From positions 1,776 through 65,775 of the forward strand of contig JAQULM010000002.1 in assembly GCA_028718605.1 (NCBI GenBank): DNA of 64,000 nt, written 5' to 3'. Shown here in pieces: positions 47,658-58,474 of this stretch. The DNA comes from Patescibacteria group bacterium. Its GTDB lineage: Bacteria > Patescibacteriota > Patescibacteriia > UBA10025 > JAHIVO01. Both the position numbers and the translations under genes were made by a program. The notes below the pieces were generated by a model. It had not been told where the DNA came from and made no database searches. It was given only the letters and a program-made list of their open reading frames with translations. Positions within the stretch are counted from its first letter, which is position 1; each line of letters begins with the position of its first letter.

Positions 47658-49223
47658 CTAGAGCGCGGGTGCCTGGTTCTGCTGCACTGCATCATCGTAA
47701 CAGTTGCATGAATATGTACTCGTGATCGGAGTCGTAACTGTCACATAAGCGCTCTCACCATATAAGTCCTCTGCGTCATACGCGCGCGCATATAATGGCT
47801 GGGAATAATACGTCGTGGATGTACACGTGGAACAAACGATTGTCGCATTCGCAACCGGAATAAACGGAAGTCTCCACTTGGCTCTAGCTGCTGGCTCCAT
47901 CGCATACTGTGAAATTCCGCTCTCAACGTATGCCTGGGCAGTTGCCGTTGCATTCCAGGAAAAAGTCGTATTGACGGTCGCGCCAGATGTCGTATTCTCG
48001 CCAATCATCCCGTAGCCAGATCGAAACAGCCGAACCATAGTAACAGACGTATCATCGGTTGCAGTCACGCCAACGTTGACGATGCCTGAAACTACCGCCC
48101 CGTTCGCGGGAGTCGTTATTGTTGCAGTCGGCGCGGTATTCGAGCTTGGGATATTGATAATCACATTCCGGGAAGCGGTCGTCGTTAGGCCGGGTGCATT
48201 ATACGCACGTGCCTGAATCTGTGTGGTCGCGGGTGCTGTATTCGGCACACCGCCAAGATCCCAGATCCACGTCCATAATCCATCCCCACCAGGCGCATAC
48301 TGAGTTTCTCGGAGAATGCCTCCATAGTAAAATTCTACGCGCTGTACCGGCGTCTCGGGATCTGTAGCACTAACTTTCACCGAATAGGGCGTTGCGGTAA
48401 TTTCAAACCCGTCGGTTGCCGGGGCAGTAAATGAAACAATGGGTGGCGTCGTATCCACACAGTTATTATCATTCGAAGGGACACAGGCAGTTGGACAGTA
48501 ACCGTCATCATCCGCACATTCGGTAATTACCGTATGAGTGCACGAAACAGGGCACAATGTCGTATTGCATACATCAGCAGTTGACGCGCTCCCGTCATCA
48601 CAGTCTGCATCGGTGGCGCATGAGTCGACTGAACATACTCCCGGGGGCAGACAGCACTTCTGGCCTGCATCGCAATCAAAATTGTTCGCGCACGGCCCCT
48701 GACCAATCATAAACTGGCCGCTACCGGTGGATTCACTCTGATTTCCGAGCCGGTCTACCATCAGAATATCAACGGTGTATGTTCCATCAGCATTATTGCC
48801 GACGTTCCACGCTTCTCCCCATATGCCATCCAGGCGGGAGGCATCATGGTGCGCTCCGTCGTCATACAACGCAATAAGCGCAACCTGCGTATTACCAGCA
48901 TTCTTTATGCGCGCTTGCACGCCTTGGACGCCGGATGGATCGGTCGCGCGGAGAGTCATGGTGATAACTTGATTTTTCTCGACTGATCCGGGGCTGACGT
49001 TAACGGTTGCATTCCACACACCATCGCATGCGTTGGCGCAACTGACAGGATCGGTACAGGTCGTATTACTGCATGAACCGAGCATAGGACCAGCTGAAGA
49101 AGCAATCTCAAAGCTGGGCACTGCCGTCTGGTCCGTTTGCGCCATCGCAATGTATGCAACAAGAGATGCACCGCCGATTAAAACTACCGCGAGCAGTAAC
49201 TTTTTGTAGGTGTTCATACGCAT
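47658..49223 (-). CDS. Secreted Cys-rich protein with Ig-like domains shared with the giant protein
   Basis: Signal peptide; Cys-rich module (CANNFDCDAGQKCC...); VQRVEFYYGG...WTWIWDLGG domain matching VDRVEFYVDG...WVWNFN in 49379-57451. Confidence 0.4.
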   Translation of the reverse strand: MRMNTYKKLLLAVVLIGGASLVAYIAMAQTDQTAVPSFEIASSAGPMLGSCSNTTCTDPVSCANACDGVWNATVNVSPGSVEKNQVITMTLRATDPSGVQGVQARIKNAGNTQVALIALYDDGAHHDASRLDGIWGEAWNVGNNADGTYTVDILMVDRLGNQSESTGSGQFMIGQGPCANNFDCDAGQKCCLPPGVCSVDSCATDADCDDGSASTADVCNTTLCPVSCTHTVITECADDDGYCPTACVPSNDNNCVDTTPPIVSFTAPATDGFEITATPYSVKVSATDPETPVQRVEFYYGGILRETQYAPGGDGLWTWIWDLGGVPNTAPATTQIQARAYNAPGLTTTASRNVIINIPSSNTAPTATITTPANGAVVSGIVNVGVTATDDTSVTMVRLFRSGYGMIGENTTSGATVNTTFSWNATATAQAYVESGISQYAMEPAARAKWRLPFIPVANATIVCSTCTSTTYYSQPLYARAYDAEDLYGESAYVTVTTPITSTYSCNCYDDAVQQNQAPAL

Positions 49224-49378
49224 CGTATATATTAATTATTGCTTAATCGTAGTATACAGTATTATATGCCTTTTTTGTAGTAAAATCGGATTGTTTTTTA
49301 ATCGAATGAAACGCACGTACGTGTACTGGTCCCGATATCGCGCCATATCAAGATACATCACGGGAATACCCGGCTATC

Positions 49379-52300
49379 CTATGGCGGCGTGATGACGGCA
49401 ACGCACGCGGCATTATTCATACGGCTTACGTTGCCGAACCCATCCTCTGCTTCATAATCAACATAGAACGCTCCTGAATACCCAGTGGAATCCCATGTCC
49501 CAGTATAGAAATTATCAACTGGCGCTACATCATTAAGGCCGACACGCAAAATCTCAGCGCCATCCGGCTGCTGGATTATCGCGTCAACCCGACCAATGCC
49601 ATCCGCATCCGTTACGAGCGTACCAAAATTGATGAGTGTGCCCGAACCAGCACTGCACGGGCTCACCTGTCCCATCGTGATTGACGGCGCTCCTTCTCCA
49701 CGGACGTTTACGCGTATCTCGATGCTGGCACTCCGGTTCCCCGCTGCGTCAAGGGCATCAGCCTGGATCGTATGCCAACCATCTGAATATAACAGAGTGT
49801 TCAGCGGCCATGTCCACGCCCAGACAGACGCGCACGCGCCCTCACAGGCCGCCTCTGTATTGCAGGCGGGGGCCGGATTCTGGCAAGCCGCTCCGCCGAG
49901 CGTAGCGCGCTGCAGATAGTCAACGTAGAAGTTAACGCGAGTCACTCCAATTTCATCAAAAGCATCGACGGTAATATCGGCAACACCATCTACCGCCGTG
50001 CCATCCGCTGGTGTATTCGGTATGAAGACAACCGTCGGGGGCGTTTCGTCCTTTTCCGGATTATCTATGCTCACCGTAATCCCTGCTGCGGCCGCAGAAT
50101 TGCCTGCCAGGTCAAACGCGTACGCATCAATATCATGGCTCCCATTTTCATACAGCTGCGTGTCGAGCACGGCGATAAAATCATCGCCACCGACCGGATT
50201 TGCTGACGCAAGAAACAGATTATCAATATATACATCAACGCGCGCAATACCGCGGTCATCAACCGCGTGAACCCTGACGTCAACGTCATCGCTGATGGTA
50301 GCGCCATCCGCCGGCTCGGTGATTGCGACCGGATTCGGGGGATTGGGATCGTCATTATTGACGGTCACTGAAATGCCGACCTCCTTGGTATTCAATGCCT
50401 GATCATAGGCAACTGCCGCAAGGGTATGCGCACCATTCAGCACCGCGGTGGTATCCCACACGTGCTGGCATGTCAGCGTACCCTCAGTGCCATTGCACGT
50501 ACGGACAATCACGCCATCAATCGATATTTCAATATGATCGACGACTCTATTATCAGTCGCGAATGCATCAATCACAACCGCTGCACCGAATACCGTACTG
50601 CCTCCCACGGGCGACTTGAGCTCGATATATGGAGTTGTCCCATCCGGACCGCCACCATTGTCAATCAGAATACGATACGAAATGCTCGACCAATTTCCGA
50701 GCGTGTCATAGGCGATCACAAGAACGGTATGCTCTGCGTCGGTATACCCGGTGGTATTAAAATTCCACACCCATGCAGGCGGGCCATCCGTCCCATCGCT
50801 GTCAGTATACGTACGAACGCCGTCAACGTAGAATTCCACACGGTCAACGCCGCTCTCCGCATCACTGGCGCTCACATCGAGCGCCCGCGTCCCGCTGAGA
50901 ACCGTTACCCCGTTTCGTACAAGGCTATCAACGCCCGTGATTTCTGGCCCGGTCCGATCTGCCGCGGATCCAACGATATTTCGCGCATAGTTCACGCACG
51001 CGCAGTCAGCATTGGCAATTCCGCTGCATGGATCACCAACTGGCGGTACTGTCACCCACCCCTCTGGCCCGGTATACTCCATATTCGCGTACAGATTGGC
51101 GATTTCCCCCGTTGGATTCGTAATATACAAATAGATATACGAATCAGGAATTATAGGCGGATCGTCTGGACATTGGTATGCCTTATCCGTATCGTCCCAG
51201 CAGGTTTCCTGGTTATAACCATCTGCCTCGGTGCATTCAGTCCCCCCTTCTTCATACGTATTCAGGGGGTCGACCGGCAGATCGCCACCCAGGGCATCAC
51301 CGAGCGCTTCCTGCCATGACGGCCAACGCGACGTGCTCATGCCGTTAATATACGAGCCGCCTTCAAGCAGCGGATAATGGCCGTTTGCTGCTTTATATTC
51401 AAGAAGCTTAATCCAGATGTCATCGAGATCGCCGACGCGCTGGATGTCCCGCTGGAGACTCTCTTTCTGTCCTGGAAGCAGATTCACGTTAAATTCCCAG
51501 TTATCAAGCATGCGGTTGAAAATATCGATCGTCTGCGCTGAAGAATCGGGATGGTAGGACATCAGGTATATATTGGTGTATACGCGGCCGGCGACGAGGT
51601 TTGTCGCATTCACGTATACGGTCGTGCCGTCGCGGATCGCTGGATAACCATCAATAGTCAGCCCTTGGCCCTGTTGTGGCGGATACCCGAGCTGCAGCTG
51701 GTACCACTCGCGCAGGGACTTACCGCCCTCATTCTCAAACACGAGAATACCGATAGCGTCATCAGATGTCTTGGTCCATGACGCGCCAGCCTCGACGCAC
51801 GTTGTCTCCGTGGTAAACGCGGCAATGCTGCACGTACCGGGGTACACGAATAGGTACGACTTCAGCTTGCTGTCTATCCCGTCGTTCAGATTAACCGTTG
51901 CGGGATCGGCTTCCGTCACAATCACTTCATCTGTGGACGCGAGCAGCGGCAGGTCGGTGCCATCACGGCAGTACCAGGTCGAGAAATTCATCACATAATT
52001 ATTGTTGCCCCTTGTTGGAAATGGCGAATTATCAAGCTTCGGATACAATCCTGAATCCTCGAATGCAGGGTCATCATTGGTCGGCGGCAGTATGTTAGGC
52101 CAGGGACTCGAACACATCCTCGCAAGTATAATGCCCGCGTCAGTCACCTTGCCGATGCCGCCCGGGAGCAACGTCGATGCAGAGCCGTCCGCGGTCACGA
52201 CCCATCGGCCGCGGCCGCTTGCATTATCTGACGTCAGAAGGCATGCCAAACTATTTGAGCTCTCGGCAGGGCAGGGACCTTCGAAATTCGGCGGAACGAT

Positions 52301-55300
52301 ATCGCTCCCGTTATGGGTTGGAGTAAATACATTCTTTGGATCGTCTTCCTTCCAGGTAATTCTGATCGGATTGGGTGCTGGGCTAATTAAATTTGTGCCA
52401 TCTTCGCTTACTGATTGTACGCTCCAAAATTGTTGGTACCCATCGGGAGGGGTTGCGGGATGATCCCCCGGTGCGCAATTGCTCGTTGAACACGTCATAT
52501 ATGAGGGTGAGGGGCGCGTCCACGCACCGTCCCACCATTGGAACTTGAGATGGTCAATCGTGCAAATCCGGTTACCTGCATTGAAACCGCGCAAATATGT
52601 CACCCCGACATTATCTCCAATAGCGACGCCAAAGGTATTTGTAGTCCTGCCAGTAGCTATCCAAACGTTAAAATTCTCGCTCGGATCAAATATCTCGTCA
52701 GGCGTAAAGGTAAATGACGTGTCCGTGTGTGTTAGCTTCCCAGGAATTACGCTGCCTCCAGAAATGGCAGATACTGTCGTCTCCGGAACTGTATTATCAC
52801 CATAGACGAACGTACTCCAGTCCATAGACTGGGAAAAGGTGAATGTAACGCTAATATTCCGGCACTGCGTCGCTGCGCTCGGCGACCAGCCGGCAATTTC
52901 CGGCCGCGGGTAGCAGCAATGGTCTGTGCGCTCGTCATCAAACCCGCATCCCATCGCAGAAACATCGCCGCAGTCCGAGTCCTCATCGCAACCGCAATAC
53001 AAGCCGCGTTCATTGTTACCCGGCGCTGTGCAGTTCCATACGTCAGGCGTACACTTCAGCGTGCCAAGGGTCATCGCGCCGCCAGGTTCATCGTTCATAT
53101 CGCCGTCATTGTCCTGGTCAGGATCGCAACACACCGTGCAGTCGTTTTCACCAACAGGCGGGTATGCGGCGCTATTAGGTGGCGTCGGTGCCTGATGCCG
53201 TGCTGTATCAATACATAAATAGTCTTCGGGGATATCGTCCAGCTCCGCGCCGGTCGAACATGTGCCGTTATTAGCAATATTGGATGGGAGCTGGCACCGG
53301 TCGCCGGGTACGCCAGTCGCGCACTCTGCCGCATCGACGCATACGCTGTACCCGAGTCCGCCGTCATACCGGCAACAATTCGTCGTAGTACAGTCCGCGT
53401 TTGAATTGCACTTCACCTTAAACGGCAGCGGATTGGACGGGCACATCGTATTTACCACATGCACGCCGCCGGACGATGCACCGACTTGCACCTCTGAACG
53501 AGTGATGCCGTCAACCGCCCACGATCCGACTCGTGCAATAATATCATCGAATGTATCAATTAATCCTGGTGAAAACTGGACACCGCTCACCCCTGGTATT
53601 CCGACTGGTGCGAGCTTCGAGCCTGACATAGATATCAAGTCGCCTTCTTCTCCGGTTTTTGGAGATAACGGGGGGCAGAGTACCGGCAATCCAGCTGCTG
53701 GAATTGGCTGCGGCGCCATGCAGTTTCCGCTCGCGCAATCTCCATTATCATCGCAGAAATTATATCCCTCGCCGAGCGCTGTCTGGGTACATATCCGCGC
53801 ACAGTTGTTTCCAGTAACGTCAAACCCATACACAGCGGGGTCGTTCTGCAGGCTGTCAATTGCCGTTGAGAGTCCGCCAGTTGCCGTGGATGTATTCACG
53901 TCAATGAGGTTTTGGCTCCCATTAGGATTCCCCGGCTCCTCGGCGATGATAAGCTCATTTGTCCAGCCGTTTTCGCAAATCTCAACATTGCCAGCGTCTC
54001 CGCCGATCTGCACATAGCTCGACGCAGGGTCATATGCTCTAAAGTAGCACCCCTCGATTGAAATCGGTTGGCCGGGTGGTCCATTATCGGGCAAAATAGA
54101 ATTAATAACCGGCCGGCACCGATCACGGACTTCATCGCATGTGCTCATGGGACACTCATCAAAACCGTCATTATCAGGATCAGAGCAATAATCCGGCCTG
54201 CTGAACGCGCATGAATCCAAATCAACATTCACACGCCCCCGCGCTACTACGCTCTCGGCGGGAATGCGGGCATTCACATACGTTCTTCCCGAACCGGCGG
54301 ACGTAACGGTACCGACATTGACCACGTTCGCGACGGTCGCCACGCCCGCGGCGTCCGTGTCCCATGCCCATGTATAATCGCCGGGATCGACTATCGTACA
54401 GGCTGGGCCGAGCGCCATGGACGTATAGTCAAAATTCTGGCCGGTCGCGTTGAACGTATGCGACGTCGGATTCATGGTCAACCGTTCAACCGGGCATGGG
54501 TCTGTATTGTCCTTAGTCAAAAATTTCCAATAATAATCCTGGTTCATGCGAACGCCTGATGAGCTCGTCACGTCGCGGGTGACCCGCATTTCATACCACG
54601 TCGCTGGCGTCAGGGCACCGTCTGGATCCAGGACGGTTCCTTCTTCCCCTGCGCCTCCCCAGACAAAACGGGTAAGCCCACCCCCGACGAGGTCACCCAA
54701 GACTGTACATGCTTCAGTCGTGCATGGGCGCAGGAAAACATTCGCGGGGTTGATAATCGATCCGTCATTCATATCATGCGTGAACCGCACACCGATATTC
54801 ACATTGACGCATATGTCGTCAGTGTTTTTATACGGATTCGGTGATGGATAATCCGTCACCTGGCATGCACCGTCAGGACACTGGTCGTTATTGGTGCAGG
54901 CATCGCCCTCATTGGCGCCGCCGACGCACGTCGAGGAACACGCGGTACTTTCAACGACCCGCGGAACGCCGCCGCACGGGACCTCAAACGGGATGCCATT
55001 GCTCTCGCCGATCGGATTCACGACCGTTACCTCATACGGATCGCCCGCATTCGGGACATCCGGAACTGAAATATTAATCTGCTGGTCAGCCCAGGGGGGG
55101 GTAATCGGCGCGTTTTCGGTCGTCGCATTGAGGGTAAACGGCACCGTGCCGGCAACATCACCAAAACCCTCGCCGTACAGTCTGACCGGATCAGTTACGA
55201 CGCCGCATTCAACGTCGCTGCCGCACAGGCCTGGTCCTGGGTCTTCATTCGTATACACAAATTCACCGATGTTCGTCCGCGTATTGTCGCTTCCGCGTAC

Positions 55301-57451
55301 GAGCTGGATGCCGACACGTGAGGGAACCGGACAATTATTCCAATCATTGCCCGGCACTGCTGAAATATCGCACGGCGTAACGCCAATCGCCGCTTCAAGT
55401 TCGGTAATTTCATTTACTTTTATTATGACGTAGCTATTCTTCCAGGTCTCCTCACAGGGCGGATCAGGCGGCACTTCAGCCTGGACTGACTGGCCAGTCG
55501 CCAGGTTTCGGAAATATGCCTGGCCGCTGTCGCCAAAACCCGCGTCAGTATCGCCTCGTTTCCATACTGCAATATACTGCCCCTTACCGCCGTGGGGTTG
55601 CTTGGATAATCCCGAAATCTTTCCGACCTGCGGGCTCCGCACGTCGAGATCAGCCGCATTACTGTCCGTCACGCACGTACCTCTAGGGCATTCCGTCGGG
55701 ATCGCTGCCGGATTGCACGGGCCGAGGTCATTGTCTCCGCCAGAACACACGCCCGGGATAATCCGCACCACAACGCCACCGTCCACAGCACCGGACGTTG
55801 CCGTATCACCGTAAAATTGAGGGCGGCCACCAGGAACATGGGTTTCAATTGCGGTATCAGACCATCCCGCCCCCTGAATACAGCTCTGCGTCGGAAATTC
55901 ATTGAAGTTCGGCGGGATATTATCATCGAAACACGTATCGGTATGACCTACATTCCGTGAAAAATACAGGTTACCGCCGAGTCCAAAATTACTTCCATCA
56001 ATCCGGACATGATTTGCCGCATTGTCGTACTGGCCGCTCGATGCGCCAAGGTCGGTAATACCCGTAATTTCAGGAATGCACCGGTTATTTGTCGTGTCGT
56101 CGTCCGCGAAAAAATTCCATGGAGCAGCTTCGTTCGGCGGATTTGGCTCTGGATAGCCATCAACGGTCATAAAATCGTCAACGACTGATCCTTCGTCAGC
56201 CGCGTTAAAATTGCCGTCGAGATGATTACCGCATACGTCCTGAATGCCGAAGGTTTTGTCCCCGACAGTTCCAGCGAGCAATCTTACTGAGTACTGCTCG
56301 CTTTCTTGAAGCATCTGCAACGGCCGAGTTGAGAACATCTTTGGATCAGGATAGTAGATACGCTTCAATCCAGCCGGGACGCCAGCGACGTGCTCAAAAC
56401 GGACCGTCCCTGTACATGTGTCACCAGGACCGCCCGGACAGTCACCGTCAACCAAGCACGGTTGCGTCTTTGTAACAGAACAATACGACGCCTTGATTGA
56501 CGAAACGCGCATCTTGCTCGTGAAACGCGCTTGCACGGGAGTATTAAGGCAGATATCAGTACCGCCATCCAGCGGATTGATCGCTTCTACTTGCGGTGGC
56601 TCAGTGAGTGTGGTTTCGCCAGTTGAAAATATCCAGCTGTCACCGAGGAATGGATCATACGTCGCCGCGGCGTCATCTATGCCGGCAGTATCCAGTGTCA
56701 CTAAATACGTCGTATTCTGGAGATAATCAGCAGTTGGCTCAAACACGACAATTTGCGGGTCAGTATCTACAGACCAGTTTCCTGCTACTTCATCGCCGAC
56801 GCAATTCCCCGCACAGTCGCCAGACGCGCAATCAGTATCATTCACGCAACCGGCTCCGCCCGCAGCGCCCCCCTGCACTGCGAGATGCGCGTTTCCCGCA
56901 ACAGAACCAGCGGCAACGTCAGCATTGAAATATACCTGGATAATACTGCACAACGGCACGTCATCTTCGGCGCGGCCCGGATCAACCCAGACGATATTCA
57001 GCCGCGGATTGCCGCCGCCTGGCAGCGATCCGGGTCCGCCTGCGCCACCGCCTGCGCCGGTGGCTTCCTGCACCCGCCGCATAATAAAGAAAACGATCGC
57101 CCATGCGAGTAATATAATAATCAACCCAATAACCGCGCGCAGGAGTGTCTTCTTCGCGCGCGCGATCTGCTCTTCGTTCCCCCGCGCCGTCATCCACAAA
57201 AAACCGCCATACATAATCATGATGACTGCAACAAGCCCTAAAAAGCCAAGAAACCATTGTACGATCCGGATAACTGTCGACATCAAATCCGCAGTGCCGA
57301 GCCCAAACGTCGCGCCGTATTCCGGATTGATATTGACCTGTGCAAACACGGGGCTTGCGGTACCCAAAGCAACAGCGCCAAGGAGAATAGCTGCAGATAT
57401 AAAACCAGCGATCACTCCAAGTAAAATTTGCTTTGAGCTACCGTTCCGCAT
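49379..57451 (-). CDS. Giant (2690 aa) cell-surface protein; N-terminal signal peptide + two hydrophobic helices (VirB2/TrbC-pilin-like topology) followed by Gly-rich linker and long array of Ig-like/Cys-rich extracellular domains
   Basis: Single uninterrupted ORF; N-terminus MRNGSSKQILLGVIAGFISAAILLGAVALGTASPVFA|QVNI... then LMSTVIRIVQWFLGFLGLVAVIMIMYGGFLWM-TARGNEEQIARAKK-AVIGLIIILLAWAIVFFIM; C-terminal repeated VEFYVDG Ig-like units. Confidence 0.6.
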   Translation of the reverse strand: MRNGSSKQILLGVIAGFISAAILLGAVALGTASPVFAQVNINPEYGATFGLGTADLMSTVIRIVQWFLGFLGLVAVIMIMYGGFLWMTARGNEEQIARAKKTLLRAVIGLIIILLAWAIVFFIMRRVQEATGAGGGAGGPGSLPGGGNPRLNIVWVDPGRAEDDVPLCSIIQVYFNADVAAGSVAGNAHLAVQGGAAGGAGCVNDTDCASGDCAGNCVGDEVAGNWSVDTDPQIVVFEPTADYLQNTTYLVTLDTAGIDDAAATYDPFLGDSWIFSTGETTLTEPPQVEAINPLDGGTDICLNTPVQARFTSKMRVSSIKASYCSVTKTQPCLVDGDCPGGPGDTCTGTVRFEHVAGVPAGLKRIYYPDPKMFSTRPLQMLQESEQYSVRLLAGTVGDKTFGIQDVCGNHLDGNFNAADEGSVVDDFMTVDGYPEPNPPNEAAPWNFFADDDTTNNRCIPEITGITDLGASSGQYDNAANHVRIDGSNFGLGGNLYFSRNVGHTDTCFDDNIPPNFNEFPTQSCIQGAGWSDTAIETHVPGGRPQFYGDTATSGAVDGGVVVRIIPGVCSGGDNDLGPCNPAAIPTECPRGTCVTDSNAADLDVRSPQVGKISGLSKQPHGGKGQYIAVWKRGDTDAGFGDSGQAYFRNLATGQSVQAEVPPDPPCEETWKNSYVIIKVNEITELEAAIGVTPCDISAVPGNDWNNCPVPSRVGIQLVRGSDNTRTNIGEFVYTNEDPGPGLCGSDVECGVVTDPVRLYGEGFGDVAGTVPFTLNATTENAPITPPWADQQINISVPDVPNAGDPYEVTVVNPIGESNGIPFEVPCGGVPRVVESTACSSTCVGGANEGDACTNNDQCPDGACQVTDYPSPNPYKNTDDICVNVNIGVRFTHDMNDGSIINPANVFLRPCTTEACTVLGDLVGGGLTRFVWGGAGEEGTVLDPDGALTPATWYEMRVTRDVTSSSGVRMNQDYYWKFLTKDNTDPCPVERLTMNPTSHTFNATGQNFDYTSMALGPACTIVDPGDYTWAWDTDAAGVATVANVVNVGTVTSAGSGRTYVNARIPAESVVARGRVNVDLDSCAFSRPDYCSDPDNDGFDECPMSTCDEVRDRCRPVINSILPDNGPPGQPISIEGCYFRAYDPASSYVQIGGDAGNVEICENGWTNELIIAEEPGNPNGSQNLIDVNTSTATGGLSTAIDSLQNDPAVYGFDVTGNNCARICTQTALGEGYNFCDDNGDCASGNCMAPQPIPAAGLPVLCPPLSPKTGEEGDLISMSGSKLAPVGIPGVSGVQFSPGLIDTFDDIIARVGSWAVDGITRSEVQVGASSGGVHVVNTMCPSNPLPFKVKCNSNADCTTTNCCRYDGGLGYSVCVDAAECATGVPGDRCQLPSNIANNGTCSTGAELDDIPEDYLCIDTARHQAPTPPNSAAYPPVGENDCTVCCDPDQDNDGDMNDEPGGAMTLGTLKCTPDVWNCTAPGNNERGLYCGCDEDSDCGDVSAMGCGFDDERTDHCCYPRPEIAGWSPSAATQCRNISVTFTFSQSMDWSTFVYGDNTVPETTVSAISGGSVIPGKLTHTDTSFTFTPDEIFDPSENFNVWIATGRTTNTFGVAIGDNVGVTYLRGFNAGNRICTIDHLKFQWWDGAWTRPSPSYMTCSTSNCAPGDHPATPPDGYQQFWSVQSVSEDGTNLISPAPNPIRITWKEDDPKNVFTPTHNGSDIVPPNFEGPCPAESSNSLACLLTSDNASGRGRWVVTADGSASTLLPGGIGKVTDAGIILARMCSSPWPNILPPTNDDPAFEDSGLYPKLDNSPFPTRGNNNYVMNFSTWYCRDGTDLPLLASTDEVIVTEADPATVNLNDGIDSKLKSYLFVYPGTCSIAAFTTETTCVEAGASWTKTSDDAIGILVFENEGGKSLREWYQLQLGYPPQQGQGLTIDGYPAIRDGTTVYVNATNLVAGRVYTNIYLMSYHPDSSAQTIDIFNRMLDNWEFNVNLLPGQKESLQRDIQRVGDLDDIWIKLLEYKAANGHYPLLEGGSYINGMSTSRWPSWQEALGDALGGDLPVDPLNTYEEGGTECTEADGYNQETCWDDTDKAYQCPDDPPIIPDSYIYLYITNPTGEIANLYANMEYTGPEGWVTVPPVGDPCSGIANADCACVNYARNIVGSAADRTGPEITGVDSLVRNGVTVLSGTRALDVSASDAESGVDRVEFYVDGVRTYTDSDGTDGPPAWVWNFNTTGYTDAEHTVLVIAYDTLGNWSSISYRILIDNGGGPDGTTPYIELKSPVGGSTVFGAAVVIDAFATDNRVVDHIEISIDGVIVRTCNGTEGTLTCQHVWDTTAVLNGAHTLAAVAYDQALNTKEVGISVTVNNDDPNPPNPVAITEPADGATISDDVDVRVHAVDDRGIARVDVYIDNLFLASANPVGGDDFIAVLDTQLYENGSHDIDAYAFDLAGNSAAAAGITVSIDNPEKDETPPTVVFIPNTPADGTAVDGVADITVDAFDEIGVTRVNFYVDYLQRATLGGAACQNPAPACNTEAACEGACASVWAWTWPLNTLLYSDGWHTIQADALDAAGNRSASIEIRVNVRGEGAPSITMGQVSPCSAGSGTLINFGTLVTDADGIGRVDAIIQQPDGAEILRVGLNDVAPVDNFYTGTWDSTGYSGAFYVDYEAEDGFGNVSRMNNAACVAVITPP

Positions 57452-57505
57452 GGTGGTAGGTAAACCTTTTTAAAAATATTTATCTCCGATGCTGAGTAAA
57501 ATGCT

Positions 57506-57964
57506 TTATGCAGGATCGGGGGTAAGCTCTTTTTTCACAACCCGGGAAACAAACGTCCCGTCTGCTCTCCCCTTTACCTTTTTCATGACCGCTCCCATGA
57601 CAGCTCCAAAAGCGGCGTTGTCTCCGAACATAGCGACGGTCTCCTGAACAACTTTTTTAACCGCAGCCTCATCGAGCTGCTGGGGGAGATATGCATTGAT
57701 GACCGCAAGTTCCTTTCGCTCCTTTGCAGCGAGCTCCGGCCTGCCCCCCTTCTCAAACGCGTCGGCTGCTTCCCGCCGCTTCTTCGCCTGGGAATTCATG
57801 ACTGCCATTGCTTCTTCGTCGGTGAGGCCTGCCTTCTGTTTTTTCAGGGTGATTGCCTCGTTATGCAGTGCACTTTTGACAAAACGCAATACGGACACAT
57901 CGAATTCTCGATGCGCCCGGAGCGCTTCGCGTAAATCGCGTTCAATTGTTTCGAGCATGCCCAT
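57506..57964 (-). CDS. yqeY: GatB/YqeY domain protein
   Basis: LTDEEAMAVMNSQAKKRREAADAFEKGGRPELAAKERKELAVINAYLP; start at MGMLETIE. Confidence 0.7.
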   Translation of the reverse strand: MGMLETIERDLREALRAHREFDVSVLRFVKSALHNEAITLKKQKAGLTDEEAMAVMNSQAKKRREAADAFEKGGRPELAAKERKELAVINAYLPQQLDEAAVKKVVQETVAMFGDNAAFGAVMGAVMKKVKGRADGTFVSRVVKKELTPDPA

Positions 57965-57989
57965 GTGTAATTCGCGCTTACGTACACTT

Positions 57990-58280
57990 TTACCAACGCA
58001 CTCGCGCTTCGAGAATTTTCTTGATGGTGCCGCGTTTTTTCGGCCGCCGCGGGTCGATAAAATCGTCAAGTTTACCGATTTTTCGCAACAATTCTTTCTT
58101 ATCACGGATCATCTTGCGTCTCGTAGCCTCCTGTTTCAATTTCAGCTTACTTTTCGTGCGTTCATGGAACCTGCCCCTCTTTGCGCGAATCAAAACCCCG
58201 CTCGCTTGTACCTTCTTGGTAAACCGCCGCACGAGACTTTCTGGAGATTCGCCTTCTTTACGTCGTACTTCTACTGGCAC
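57990..58280 (-). CDS. rpsU: 30S ribosomal protein S21 (GTG start, C-terminal basic extension)
   Basis: MPVEVRRKEGESPESLVRRFTKKVQASGVL...RGRFHERTKSKLK; AGGAGG 10 nt upstream of GTG. Confidence 0.75.
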   Translation of the reverse strand: MPVEVRRKEGESPESLVRRFTKKVQASGVLIRAKRGRFHERTKSKLKLKQEATRRKMIRDKKELLRKIGKLDDFIDPRRPKKRGTIKKILEARVRW

Positions 58281-58474
58281 AGTACATTCACCTCCTTAAG
58301 ATGGATGTAATCAATTAATTAATTTTGAAAACCTTCTGAACCGGTTTTACGCCGGACTTTTGAAAAATTGTGAGCTTAATATACCACACGTTTTACACTT
58401 TTGTCAACGCAAATCCCACAATACACCGCTCTTGGCTTGTATTGTACGCGATAACTTCAAAATGTGCGCTAATA

